A DNA stretch of 64,000 bases, taken from NCBI RefSeq assembly GCF_001194135.2, contig NC_068987.1:66220609-66284608 (forward strand). The letters are read 5' to 3'. The notes beneath the pieces were generated by a model, which was not told the DNA's origin, searched no databases, and saw only the letters and a program-made list of their open reading frames with translations. The translations under genes and the position numbers were made by a program. The stretch is from Octopus bimaculoides. Its lineage: Eukaryota. The first letter of the stretch is position 1. Every line of letters begins with the position of its first letter. Shown here in pieces: positions 1 through 12,345 of this stretch.

Positions 1-345
1 TATTGCTCTCACCCTGCGATAACATTCTCTTCTGATCCTTTCCCTCATCACTAAATGCTTGATATTGTCCCCTTCAATTACCCCTGGGTATTTGTAGCTC
101 TCCGCTGGTTCTAACTCTTTTATGACATTTTGCTGGTCAAGGTTCACATTAGATGTTTTTGTCATTTTTCCTTTGATAAATGTAGCTTTTGCACATTTAT
201 CAAGGCCAAATTGCATCCTGATGTCATCACTGAATTGTTTAACAATCGTTAGTAGGCCTTTGAGTTGTTGGTCATTTTTTGCAAAGAGCTTTAAATCATC
301 CATGTAAATGAGATGATTTATATTTTTATCAAATTGAGCAATTTT
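1..345 (-). mobile_element. R4/Dong-like non-LTR retrotransposon RT fragment, 5'-truncated, runs off the window start
   Basis: Minus-strand frame open for about 110 codons: INHLIYMDDLKLFAKNDQQLKGLLTIVKQFSDDIRMQFGLDKCAKATF...YKYPGVIE...CYRRVRAI. The YMDD catalytic motif is intact. Abuts a (TAT)n tract. Confidence 0.9.
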
Positions 346-378
346 GAGAGCGGTATTATTATATATATATTATATATA

Positions 379-379
<1 letters not shown>

Positions 380-457
<78 letters not shown>
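380..457. repeat. (TAT)n microsatellite
   Basis: Perfect trinucleotide run visible in the sequence. Confidence 0.98.
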
Positions 458-529
458 TCATGTTCGTCGTCATCCTTCAGAAACAATGCTTTGCTGTATT
501 TCTTCCACCGATGTAACATCTTCCGACCT

Positions 530-690
530 TCAGAATTCAAATTTTACTGCAATCGGATTTGACTCTCACCTTTACACGGATAATAAAATATGTACGATTT
601 GAGCACTGGAAGTCAGTTTAATTGACTTAACCTCTTCCCCAAAACGTCAAGCCCTGTTTGTATAATAGAAAGAATTATCATTATCGATTG
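530..690 (+). mobile_element. decayed SINE (family B; relatives at 36905 and 58140)
   Basis: Weak similarity to the ...gttctgagttcaaat...gactttgcctttcatcc...gcactgg... block of the 36905 and 58140 copies. Confidence 0.45.
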
Positions 691-1334
691 TTCTTTTTTT
701 CAAGCTTTGCTGGAACTTCTAGAGTCTTCCATGATTAAAGGGCTTGCTACATGTTGCCTACCTCACCATGCCATAAGTTCTCTTCAACTCCTAAGAACTT
801 TTCTGATAATTCTGGTCGTGCCGAGAAGGCACAATTGTTTGCAACAACTCTACTGGACATTCTTTTCTCATTTTCTTTATGTTGCACTCAGCAATTTTTC
901 TTATGATGTCCCCATAAGACATACGCACACACACGTACGCGCGCGCGCACACACACACAAATTCACACATACATATATATACATATATGGTAAGAATTAT
1001 GATATTGAATTCATTAGCGAACAAATCTTACTACAATTACATGCTGTGCACATACAACAGAGTGCTTGTGAGCATCACCTTATCACATTCTCCGAACTAA
1101 TAAATGATGGATGTGCGCGTTTATTTGCAAAGATCTGAGTGGACTGCATCTTATAGCAGAAATATCTGTAATTTAATGAAGTTGATTACATGGTTCATGT
1201 TCCTTTTTCATTTTGTTAACTTCACGTTATATCCTGTTCTCGTCTATATCTTTATTCTGAAGTATATATATAGTGAGTAGTAACACCAGATTTTTAGTAT
1301 CACTATGCCCAATCATAAGCTTTATATGTGTATA

Positions 1335-2830
1335 TATAGGTTAGTAGAGTTAGCAGTGGGAATAACTGTCTAAGGGATGAAAATATCCTTTTTACTCCGG
1401 GTATAAATTATCTATGTTAACCCTGGGCATACATCTGCAAGCATATTATGCTCATAGGATGCAGGCAATAACAAAGACAGACAAGAGTTTATCAGGAATC
1501 AAATTTAAATTAAGCAGAAAATGGAGAAATCTCGATCAACAGCTTATATAAATAAAACAACATTATAAATAAAGCAACCAGACATGTAAACAAGCACCAT
1601 GCGAAGGAAGGACATACGGTTAAGGGGATATTATGCTTTAGTACGTACATATACGGATAATAGAAATAAGTATGAACATGAATATTACCAGTAAAATGGA
1701 GAAAATTATGATTGTCCCATTCCTAAAAAATATTCCTACCCCTCCCCCCCTAAGAACATTAATCTTAAAAAAAACTCATATATAAAATCAATGCTTTTAC
1801 CTATAGAATACGTTGGAAAGCCAACTAGTACGATGGGAAACATGAGCCAACTTACCCTCACACCAATGCCAACGCCAATGCCAACTGCACCACCAGAGAC
1901 GATAAGGTTCTTACCACTGGAATTTTTAGAACTAGAAGACCGCCACCACCAAACGACCGCCTTGATGTATTCGAAAAAACTCTGGTCTTATATTAAGTGT
2001 ATCAAGCTTAGACATTACCTCCTTATGCAAAATGAACACCAGAGGAATCTAAAGAACTTGATTCTTGAACTAAAATCTAAAAATGGAATAATAGTAGAGT
2101 CGGACAAAACAAGAAACACCTATAACATGAACATAACCACTTACCACGTACGCATCCATAGAGAAATATTTAAAAAATATAAAGTAGTCCCTACAATCAC
2201 TCTTAAGACAATTAACTTAAACACCAAAAGAGTTATGTCTGATTATAATTTAGATGATAGAACGGAAAGTTTTACCTTTTACACTTATTAGAACTCGTAT
2301 CACAATTAAGGATCATAACGATAACTACTTAAGTAATACACAGGTTATATTAATTTACCCAAATCAGACTTAAGTAGGCTTAGTAAAGCAATCTTGGATA
2401 AGTATATACTTACCCTTAGAAAAAAGATTACACTCGAGTTATTGATTAATTCCCAAAATGCAATAGGCTGGTTCTCTAATATAAAGAATGAGGATAAACG
2501 TTTGCAAATTGACTTTCAAAATTTCTACTCCTCTATAAATCCTACTATCTTAATTACTTCTCTCATTTTTGCTAAGGACTATACTAAGACCAGTATGAAA
2601 GAAATCAATATAATCCTCACGGCCCGTAAGTCTACTATTGAATTTGATAACAAAATGTGGGCAGGAAAGTACACCCCTTAATTTCTTTGATAAAACAACA
2701 GGATCGCCAGACTTGGCGGAGGGGACAGACCTTGTGGAAATATACCTATTAGACAACATTTATAAGGAATTCCCGGAATTTGGTGCGGGATCTATAGGGA
2801 CGACGCCCTTTTTATAATTCGTGTTGAAAA
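1335..2830 (+). mobile_element. Penelope-like element: 5' region plus degenerate RT, 3'-truncated
   Basis: Frameshifted translation gives KNIPTP...LIYKINAFTYRIRWKA, then IIVESDKTRNTY, IDFQNFYSSIN...ARKSTIEFDNKMW, FDKTTGSPDLAEGTDLVEIYLL and YRDD at about 2793-2804. These are PLE RT motifs; multiple stops and frameshifts are present. Confidence 0.85.
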
Positions 2831-3504
2831 TGACGGCATGAGTGTGAAATAGATTAAATACATTGGTATTGCAATCCTTTCAAATCGTGTACATTAGAAA
2901 GAGTATCTGAAATTTCAAATTACGACTGTAATCCTGTCTTTTACTAGGATTCTGCCATATAAAAATTAATTAGAGGTGAGTCTATATGTGATCACAGCTC
3001 GTGTATTAGATTATGTTTTTCTATTTCCTTTTGATAATGACACTATATGTCTGTTTAACACATATTTTAGATCGACGACCAGTAGCACTAATTATCAATG
3101 TAATTACGAAATTAAATGAAACCAAAATAAATCGATAAATTGTCGGATTAATCATTCGTAATGAAATGTTGAGAGCAGTAGCCGGTTGGGAAGTCTAACA
3201 GCTTGTAGAGGCCTAACAAAATCTCTTCGATTACTTTTGATGACCTCTTTTTGCGTTTTTAGAATCTGGCATTAATTCAGGTGCAACCTCGTGTAATTTG
3301 CCTCAGTGTAATGAGAGAGGTGTTTTATGAAATGTTGGGAAGAACATCAAGATTCCTAGCTCTACATAAATCCACGAATAGAAAGCTGGTGTTTGCAGTC
3401 TCTTGGACTGAATTGAGCTTGCTCAATGTAGACATGCTTCGTAATTGGTTTCGTGTACATGGTTAACTATTAGCTAAATTCTCTGAAAAATCTAACTTTG
3501 TACA

Positions 3505-3625
3505 AGACAGCTTTCTTCGGTGTGTGGGCACAGGTGCCAATGGCTTTTGTGAACCGCCTCATGCCCTCCATGCACCGACGGTGTAAGGCCGTTTTGAACA
3601 CCTAGAGAGAGCATACACAGTAATG
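3505..3625 (+). mobile_element. Tc1-like transposase C-terminal fragment
   Basis: VWAQVPMAFVNRLMPSMHRRCKAVLNT*REHTQ* resembles the Tc1 C-terminus (W..IP...I..L..SM.RRC.AV....GGHT.Y). Confidence 0.6.
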
Positions 3626-5229
3626 AACATATCACGCCTTACAATCTCGACGTACTGGATCCGTCCACTACCAGAACACATGACAACGACCCATAGTCTG
3701 CGGTCAAAGGGCATCCAAGAAAATAACTTTATCAGATTTATCAGAATTTATCTCTGACATAATGGAATTAAAGCATATTAGACAGTCACACTCGTCTCGC
3801 GTTTCTTTTGGTGTTCAGTGTATTTTTGTTGGAATTTTTCAATGTATGAATAATTATCTTTCATTGGCTATCACTTTCAAGACAACATATTGAGTGTGTT
3901 TCTTGGCATAGTTTCTACTACTACGCTTCTTTTCCCTTTCGCCCTGTTTTCCTTCGTATAAAATAGTTAAAATTACTGAAAATCGATGTAAGATATTCAA
4001 AGGCGTATAAGATATTCAAAGTAGTGTAATCTTATTTTATCTATAATCACAGGCAATTTTTTTCAAATATTCTATTTTATCCTTACTGTGGTCATTCCCC
4101 AGAAGCAAGAGAAAATTATTCAGAGAATATTTAAAATGATTGATGGATTTTCTTATATTTTATATATGAAAAATAATATAATCACTTGGAAATATCTAAC
4201 GAATATTAATAAAGTTCTTGGATTATCCCAACAAAAGTTAATGGAAGTATATTGTCTGCCAAGTTTTCTCAGACCGAAAGTAGAAAGTCAAATCAATCTT
4301 GTAACATTGTTTCGAAGATGGGAGTGTATTAAGCTCTGGCACTGTATGTATACGGAAACATGACAAAAATACCAGGGATATTTTTTACAGATGCCTCTCT
4401 TGCTGAATTTCTGCAACCGTTCCCTTAGAGAGTCCGCATTCATATACATACTCATTCAGAAATGAGAATGTTCTGTTGGCTGGATTTTTTTATCATTGAA
4501 CGTAAAGTCATTTATCATTACACCGACGACAAAACTGGAATTTAAAACACTATCTAATATTACAAAAAAGATAAATGTCACATTTACTTATATGATATAA
4601 AAAGAAATAAAGCGTAGTTTTCAATTATACTTTCTTATTTTATAAAAACGAAGATAAAGAAACTGCGAGAGAGAAAGAAAAGATAGAGAGAAAGAGAAGG
4701 ACAGAGAGAGAAAGGTACGAGAGAGCGTTATAGAAAACTACCAATAAATATTGGTGCTACCGAAGAAAAACCAATATATATATTTAAATTGAATAAAAAT
4801 CCTAGCCAAAATAAGAATTGAACTTCCTTATTTCTATGCGATGATGGTCAGGAATATTGATTCTCTGAGACAACTGTCGCAGTAATTCCCATAAAAAGAC
4901 GCATATGGGAGCTACATGCGCATTATTGATCTTCACACACACATAGAGATCTTGAAGTTTAATATATTCTCATCTTTTCAGCATCGTTGTTTGAACGATA
5001 AGACAGTTAACATACGAAATGGAAAAACGTGGCATAAAATATACATTTTTCGGTAATATAGCAGAAAACTGCTTCCAAATGCTGATATTAATTCACTTCA
5101 CACTGTTTAGAAAACATTCTTGTGACAGTCTGTTAGTGATAATTGCTTCATCAACTTCTGAATTTTTGTACCTAAAATTTCTATTTAAATTATGTTTAGT
5201 CATTTTATAAAATATATTTTGAATGGGTG

Positions 5230-5266
<37 letters not shown>

Positions 5267-5276
5267 NNNNNNNNNN

Positions 5277-5312
<36 letters not shown>

Positions 5313-6357
5313 GCCTGCATACGGATTTACACATGCATATATTTTTGTTATTTTATTTGTATATACGAAGTCTAATTAATAAAGCCGTTTGGTAAACATG
5401 CACAGCACCAATCAAAGTCAATCTGTGCCAATGGACTTTACTATGCGTGCTTTAGCGTCGTTACTATTGCAATAGTCCGGATACTTATTGATCAGACCAC
5501 GTGATCAAGCTTATTTCGCAGGGGTTTGTGATAACTGCATAGTTTGAGAAATATGTATACAGGAGAAATTGTGTTTAAAGAATGTAGTATGATTTTACCG
5601 AATATATTTTATCGTTGACAGTGTATACCAAAAGGTATCACAATAATGTGAACCAGGCCCCGTATTTTGGCATGGAAGCACAAAGTGGAATAAATAACAA
5701 AAGTCAAGTTCAGCTTGAAGATGAAATTTGAGATTGGTTCACGGTGAAATGGCTTACAACTTTACTGTGATCATCAGCAAGTTCTATGCGAATTCAATAT
5801 CTAAAGTCATAAAATGAATATTGCCCTAGTGTAAGAAGAAATATTTAATGTACCGAGGAGCACGAAGTAATAGAGAAAATAAACAGTAGTCTGGAGGATA
5901 GATTCCTGCTATATAGCATGTTTTAAACGTTAGGATTAGAAACGGGTAAATTCATGTGTTATTTGCCTGTTAAATGTTATTAGATTTATATCATATTTCT
6001 ATGCAGTGATCTATGTTTTAAAGATGATACCGGAATATACTGATACTTTTAATTCTTGCAACAGGGCATGAAAAGGAGAAATATTAGGGCTCAAAAGCAT
6101 AGATCCAAGAGAGCTATATAATATAATATGAAACTTAGAAAATAGCTTGGTGTGATATGAGGAAAAATACAAACCCGTTATGATGACAAAAAACGAGGGA
6201 TAGATTATATACCGTTATACGTTTCTATTGTATATACTGTACATTTGTCTCTCCTTCTCTCGCTCAGTATTTCCGTTGTGTATCATATTTAACTGAAAAT
6301 GCTTAGAAAATTACGCATATATATATATATATATATATATANNNNNNNNNNTATATA

Positions 6358-6401
<44 letters not shown>

Positions 6402-6879
6402 CATATAATGATATCTACCAAATGTATTGGTAAGATAAAACATGTAATCGTTATCAAAATAGCAAAAATTTGTCCACAAAGGTGTATAGCAATCTCCTTA
6501 TGAATCAAAAATTTAAATAAGAGCTTTGACGCTAATTTCCATATATATTAAAGTTTGTTACCTATGTAAACATTTCTGTAGAAGGTCAAATTCAACTCTT
6601 AATTCAAGTTAAATAAGTAAATTTCCTTACACATCCACAGGGTAAAAAGTAAACACCAAAAAAAAAAATTATAATCTCTAACGCTGATCCATATTCAAAA
6701 TTCCTCCTCAAATAAAATTCCGTCTAAGAGAGAAAACCCTGATAATATTATTAATCATAAACAATCAAGTAACACAAATTATTGATCACTGGTAATAAAT
6801 TCTGAACTAATGGAAATCTATATTATATTATCTCTAGAAACTTTTTATCCTGATAATTCTTTGTTTTACAACATCGGAG

Positions 6880-7750
6880 AGATATATCATCAATTTTCGA
6901 AATGCAATTCATTATATTGTGAGTTTTCTCTGGGAAATAAATTTTTGTAAACGATGGATAGATAAAAAATTCCTGTTGTCTATGAAGATAAGTTCCGTCG
7001 TGGAACCAATGTATTCCAGACAGCTCGAAACACCAATGAGGTGTTTGGTGACGAAGAGGAGTTTCGGTCTAGTGACTTTACTCTTGAAAATCAGCCCCGA
7101 GAGACCAAGGTTTATAATAAGGAGCTGAGACCAAGGTGGATAATGATGAGATGGAAACTGTGATGGAAGTGGATACATCTCAAACTACGCGTCAGTTAGC
7201 AGCAAGTTTTCATGTTTCGATTCCAACTGTATTGGACCATCTGAAATAAATCAGCAAGGTATTGAAGCTGGGCAACTGGGTACCACCCGAACTGTGAACG
7301 AACATCAAATGACAATCGTCTTAGAACTTGCTGTTCTTTGCTGTCACGGAATAAAAGCGAACAAGTTTTGCATCGTATTTTTACGTGTGATAAAAGATGG
7401 ATTCTTTTCAACAATAGCAAGCGTTCTGCACAATGGTTGGACAGAGACGAGGCTCGAAAACACAATCCAAAAAAGAATATTCACCAAAACAAGCTAATGG
7501 TGTTTTTTGGTGGTCCAGCGCTGGTGTCAACCGCAATAGCTTCATGAGACCTGGTAAGTCAATTATAGCGGATGTGTACATCAACCAATTGGATGAATTT
7601 TTCGCTGCTGGCATAAATAAGCTACCGATAAAATGGCAAAACTTAGATAATTTTGGTTCATACTTTGATTAACTGCATTGATTTTTGTTGAGATAAAGTA
7701 AAATAAACTTTCACTTAAAACTTGGACATCTCATTGTTAATGACCTGACA
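6880..7750 (+). mobile_element. mariner transposon relic with an internal deletion
   Basis: Frameshifted FRRGTN..TARN.NEVFG, LGNWVP, RIFTCDKRWILFNN and WLDRDE. The sequence jumps from YINQLDE to FFAAGINKLPIKW, so the HDNA and YSPDL catalytic blocks are missing. Confidence 0.88.
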
Positions 7751-8146
7751 TATTTGAAGATAGTAACGTATGGCTTAATACGTTAGGAAACTGATAGATA
7801 AGAATGGCTTAAATCGCGCAACTTAATCATCGAATAAGTAAAGATCCTCTGGACAAAATATTTGGCAGTATCTTGATACGGCAATCTGTACAGGATGACC
7901 AGTTTTTACTGATGGCTTGACCTTGTAAAAACAACAGAAATACAAGAGCCAATGACGAGCAGTTAATGCGGTCGATACACCTACCAGAAATAGAGACTCA
8001 GTACACTCCAAATACATCTTATCGTGGCAAAACCATCAAGCGTTATTGATTATATTAAATATAAAAAATCGATGTGATTATCACAGATAAAATATATTTT
8101 ACCTTCACTTAGATCAGTGTTGCCTTGATGAAAACTCACAAAAAAG

Positions 8147-8191
<45 letters not shown>

Positions 8192-8861
8192 CTTACACAT
8201 ATATACACTGACTGTCTATGTCTGTCTGTCTGTCTGTCTTGCAAACACCAAGTAGATAGCTAACTCGCTTTGTGATCATGAGTGCACTAAACCCCATGCG
8301 TGCGTATGTTCACATTTTTTAGGAGGTTTGTATGACCGAGTGTACTCGCGCCATGCAGCTTGTCCGAGGATGTTTGTACATCCATATTTGTTAACGGTTA
8401 TTTTTAATACTTTTATCGCTGGATTGCGAGTTCGTTTCTCTTTTTGCTATCTTTGATTTTATTTCTGATCTATATAAATGAAGGTATTTTCTCCGTCTGC
8501 CTGCTTTTCTTTCTACAAAACGGGAAGTTAGATTGCAGAACAGTTATTTTAAAGAGTTGTATTTATTTATCACCCGACAAGATACATCCGCACCACCGGA
8601 TGCTCCTGAACCAGTTGTTGAGTGTCCCACCCATGAAGAATCGATGCTAGATGCGTCGAAACAATTGTTGTGATTCATAATAAATTCTCGTATATTCCAT
8701 CTTCCGTCTTTCATTTGACATATATATATATATATATATATANNNNNNNNNNNNNNNNNNNNNNNNNNNNNNNNNNNNNNNNNNNNNNNNNNNNNNNNNN
8801 NNNNNNNNNNNNNNNNNNNNNNNNNNNNNNNNNNNNNNNNNNNNNNNNNNNNNTATATATA

Positions 8862-9639
8862 CAGGGTGTGGTGTATAAACTATCGTCTTAATTACGCAAA
8901 AATGAAAATAACACTGACATCTCACTTTAACAGGTATATTTACCAAACTTTCATCGAAATATCTTGAAATACTAATCTCCTGCAACTCTTCTGGACGGTC
9001 CCCTTGTTTGAGATGGTGAATGTTGTCAAAATCTTTGACTTCAGTTTATCTTTGGTGTTACAGTGGTTTTTGTTGGTCTCCCGCTCAACTACACCCCTCA
9101 CAATCAAGGTAGTTGCAGTCCGGTTAGTTAAGCGGCCAGATGTCGGATGGTGTAGTCGCAGAAATTGTCTGACAGCCGTGACCGGTTCCTCCTTCGCGTG
9201 AGGCATGGTGCAGAATCATGCTGCGAGACATAGGGTCTTCCAGCAGCCACTCTCTTGGCCCAGAGCAGCACTACCACCTCCAAGCACTTCATGTAGGCTT
9301 CCGTGTTGAGTCTGAGGCCGTGTGGCAAGAAGAATGGAGGCATAACATCGCCATCACTATAGATCACTTAAAACGCCAAGATGTTGAATGGATGTTTAGT
9401 TTTTATCACTCTCAGTACATATGCTCAGATTGCAGCATTGAGATTGAAACCGAAATACTCTGAAATGTTCGTATTGGAGCTTCCAAATTTCTGGCAGAGT
9501 GAAATGTGTCATTGTGGTGTTTTTCTCATAGACGGTGCCCAACTGACCCTCCTATTCTGTGTAGTCCACAAAATCAAAAACAAAGGATATGTGTGAAATT
9601 AAAAATATTAAATTTTGACAATTTACCCATCGCACCTTG
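8862..9639 (-). mobile_element. non-autonomous Tc1/mariner-superfamily (maT/DD37D-like) element with an internal deletion
   Basis: SDGDVMPPFFLPHGLRLNTEAYMKCLE...QHDSAPC, then IWPLN*PDCNYLD and VERETNK...KSCRRL. Imperfect terminal inverted repeats (cagggtg... / ...caccttg) are flanked by TA. Confidence 0.85.
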
Positions 9640-11590
9640 TATATGTGTATGTGCGTGTGTGTATGAGTGTGTGTGTGTGTATGTACGTATGGAAGTATGC
9701 ATGTATGTATTCAAATAGGTATGTATGTATGCATGTATTATAGATATATAGAGTGCATCCATAAAATAAATTTAATTTGTATTTCATTTTGGATCAAGCG
9801 TCTCAATTATATTAAGTTACATCTGTACATACTTCCTGGAATGGCATAATTATACGCAATTAACCGAATCAGTTATATTCGCGAGTATGTGCACACAAAT
9901 ACTGTTTACTTTTTAAATGGAGTGTTATTAGACATACTAGCAGTTTTCTCCAGAGAGAAAGTCCCAAGAGAAAACGCAGAGAGAGGAGGGGACGGACACG
10001 AGAGAAAGATATCTGAATATATTTCATCTAATACTTTTGTTTGTCTCTGATGTACAATTTTGTTTCAAAGGAAATATACAACGTAGCCGAGTGGAAAGAA
10101 GTTGGATATTAAAACAACCAACACGTTGATTAGAATTATTTGAAATACAAAGAAAGTTATAAAATTATGGTTGAATGACTGTATCGTCAAATAAATTCTA
10201 GTGTGTTTGCTTGTGTTTTCTACGCTGAGTTTATATCATATATTACGCAACAAGAAAATCGATATATTGAAATATGGCTTTGTCTACGAATTCATAAATA
10301 CGACTGTCGTGTAACATTGAATCACCTGCTCTTTATGCAAGTGATATAAGATGTTCGGTAGAATTATAGTATCCTTCAATTATATGTGTCTCCACTTCAT
10401 ATTATAGTTAACTGTAGCAATGAGATGGTAGTAATCAATAAGAGATCTGAGGAAAAATATTGTAGAAAAAATAGCTTATCTCTTCTCTATTTTGATGGGG
10501 AAAACAAATGTGTTACATGAATTCGGAAAAAAGGCACTCTTCGCACACGAACAATAAAGTATTACACTCTGAGTCTCCTACCCAGAGAGAGAAAGAGAGA
10601 GAGGGAGAGGGAGGGAGGGAGAGAAACAGGGAAAGAGAGAGAGAGAGAGAAAGGGAGAGTATACAACTTACAGTGCAGTGCATAGACGGGTGCTGTTTGT
10701 TCAATATATTAGCAGGTTATTATGCATTTGTCCAACGTTAGCTGTATGCGTCTTCGTATAATACCCATGACAAAACAAAAAAAACTGACACTTGCTGTGT
10801 GAACATACGTATAACTCAGGATTTGTCTTCCATCACATTGTTTTTATCTGACGTCTCGATACGAAACGTTGTAGAAAAGATAGCGCTGGCTATAAGTTCT
10901 GTAGATTATCTGTAGAAATAACCTTAACAAAATAGTGTAACTAAGGCTTCCAGCATATGTGTGCGTGTGTGTTTTTGTGCACGGTTGTGCATTTACATTT
11001 GTATTTAAAAGAACGTTATGATGTTGGACGATACTGTCATCTATTTTCTCTTTACTACATCCTAGTCAATATGGCAGATAGCCTCTGATATCTGGGCTCA
11101 GTTATATTATCACGAAAAAATCTTTGAATACAGGAATGAATATGCGAATACCGTAATGTAACCTCGCTAACAGTATCTAAGAGAGAAAACGTCTTACGCT
11201 CAGTACCAAGCTGGAGGACTGTCAAGCATCCCAACACTTTCTGTGACACCAGGGACCAAAATAACTGAAGACAATTGAAATCACATTCGAGGAGTGTGTT
11301 AGCTCCATATGAAAATTCTGTCTTTAAGTATGGTCTCGCAATGACGTGTGTCATCCTCGAATAAGGTTTACAGTTATCTTAAAACTGAGATCATAGCAAA
11401 TGACTACAGGGATTGAGGTGGATGTAGGAAAAAGAGGAAGAATTTTCGTTGTATTCTTCGAAAGTGAGAGGTAAGGTAATATGTATACATACATGCATGA
11501 ATGCATACATACATACATACATACATACATGCATACATATATACATACATATTTACATACAAATATACTAACATACATGTATGTATATAT

Positions 11591-11822
11591 AGGCGTTGGA
11601 CAAAATAATGGAAACACCTTAAAATTTCAAAGAAATAAATTTTTAATATGGGGTAGAACCGCTTTTGGCAGTAATTAAAGCTTGAATTCTACAAAGTATG
11701 GACTCGTACACAGTTTCAATTGTTTACAAAGGAATTTTTGTTTATTCTGCAGCTAAAACAATCTTCACTTCTTGTAGTGATGATGGTGGAGGATATCGTA
11801 GCGAGGTCTTTCTTCTAGTATT
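11591..11822 (-). mobile_element. Tc1 (DD34E) 3' end including TIR; same family as 25580-26457
   Basis: The reverse complement aligns with 26225-26457 (...gatatcctccaccatcatca...gtagaattcaagc...ggtgtttccattattttgtcca). Confidence 0.88.
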
Positions 11823-12345
11823 TGATGGCTTGGGATAAGAATTGGCCCTTTCACATCTTGTATGAGGAATACCGAATGTCTTCATGCATTACCTGCCTGA
11901 TAAGAAACTCATACACTTCCATCTCTCTGACGAGCGACCTAATTGACTTGGAGGGATCGTTATTAATCATGGCCTGTATGTCACCAGCAAATTCAGGAGT
12001 TTTTTTCTCATCAGAACGATGGGAGTGAGTTTTTCGAGCTGTTGTACCTACGTAATCCACATTACACTCACCGAACTCTTTCTGAATCCTTTGCACTATC
12101 CTCAGATTGACACACAAAATCTGAGATGTTCGTGCCTGAGCTTCCGGTGCGAATGGCAAATATTACAGCATGTCGTTTCCAAATATCTAGTAGAGTCTAT
12201 CGTGTCATGGTGCTATTTTTTTTCACAGACGAATTCCCAACCGACCCTTGTATATTGTGTAATCGACAAAATCGAAAACAAACACCGGGCATGAACGTAA
12301 TAAATTAAAAATATAGTATGGCAACAATGTACCCATCTCACTCTG
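11823..12345 (-). mobile_element. maT/DD37D-like element 5' end (TIR plus transposase N-terminus); same family as 8862-9639
   Basis: ORF ...NLRIVQRIQKE...HRSDEKKTPEFAGDIQAMINNDPSKSIRSLVREMEVYEFLIRQVMHEDIRYSSYKM. The 12070-12345 segment aligns with 9400-9639. Confidence 0.85.

Noticed and set aside
4981-5051. Possible plus-strand exon (HRCLNDKTVNIRNGKTWHKIYIF); similar candidates at about 23600, 28480 and 39200
   Set aside because: AG/GT-bounded short open frames are common in AT-rich DNA, the peptides are unrecognised, and they do not chain into a gene model.
10848-10880. CTGACG...GAAACGTTGTA hammerhead-like string
   Set aside because: G8-A9 and stem II cannot both be satisfied, and there is no PLE context.
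11055-11354. 99-aa minus-strand ORF in non-repeat sequence
   Set aside because: No recognisable motif and no convincing splice-site pair; an ORF of this length can occur by chance.
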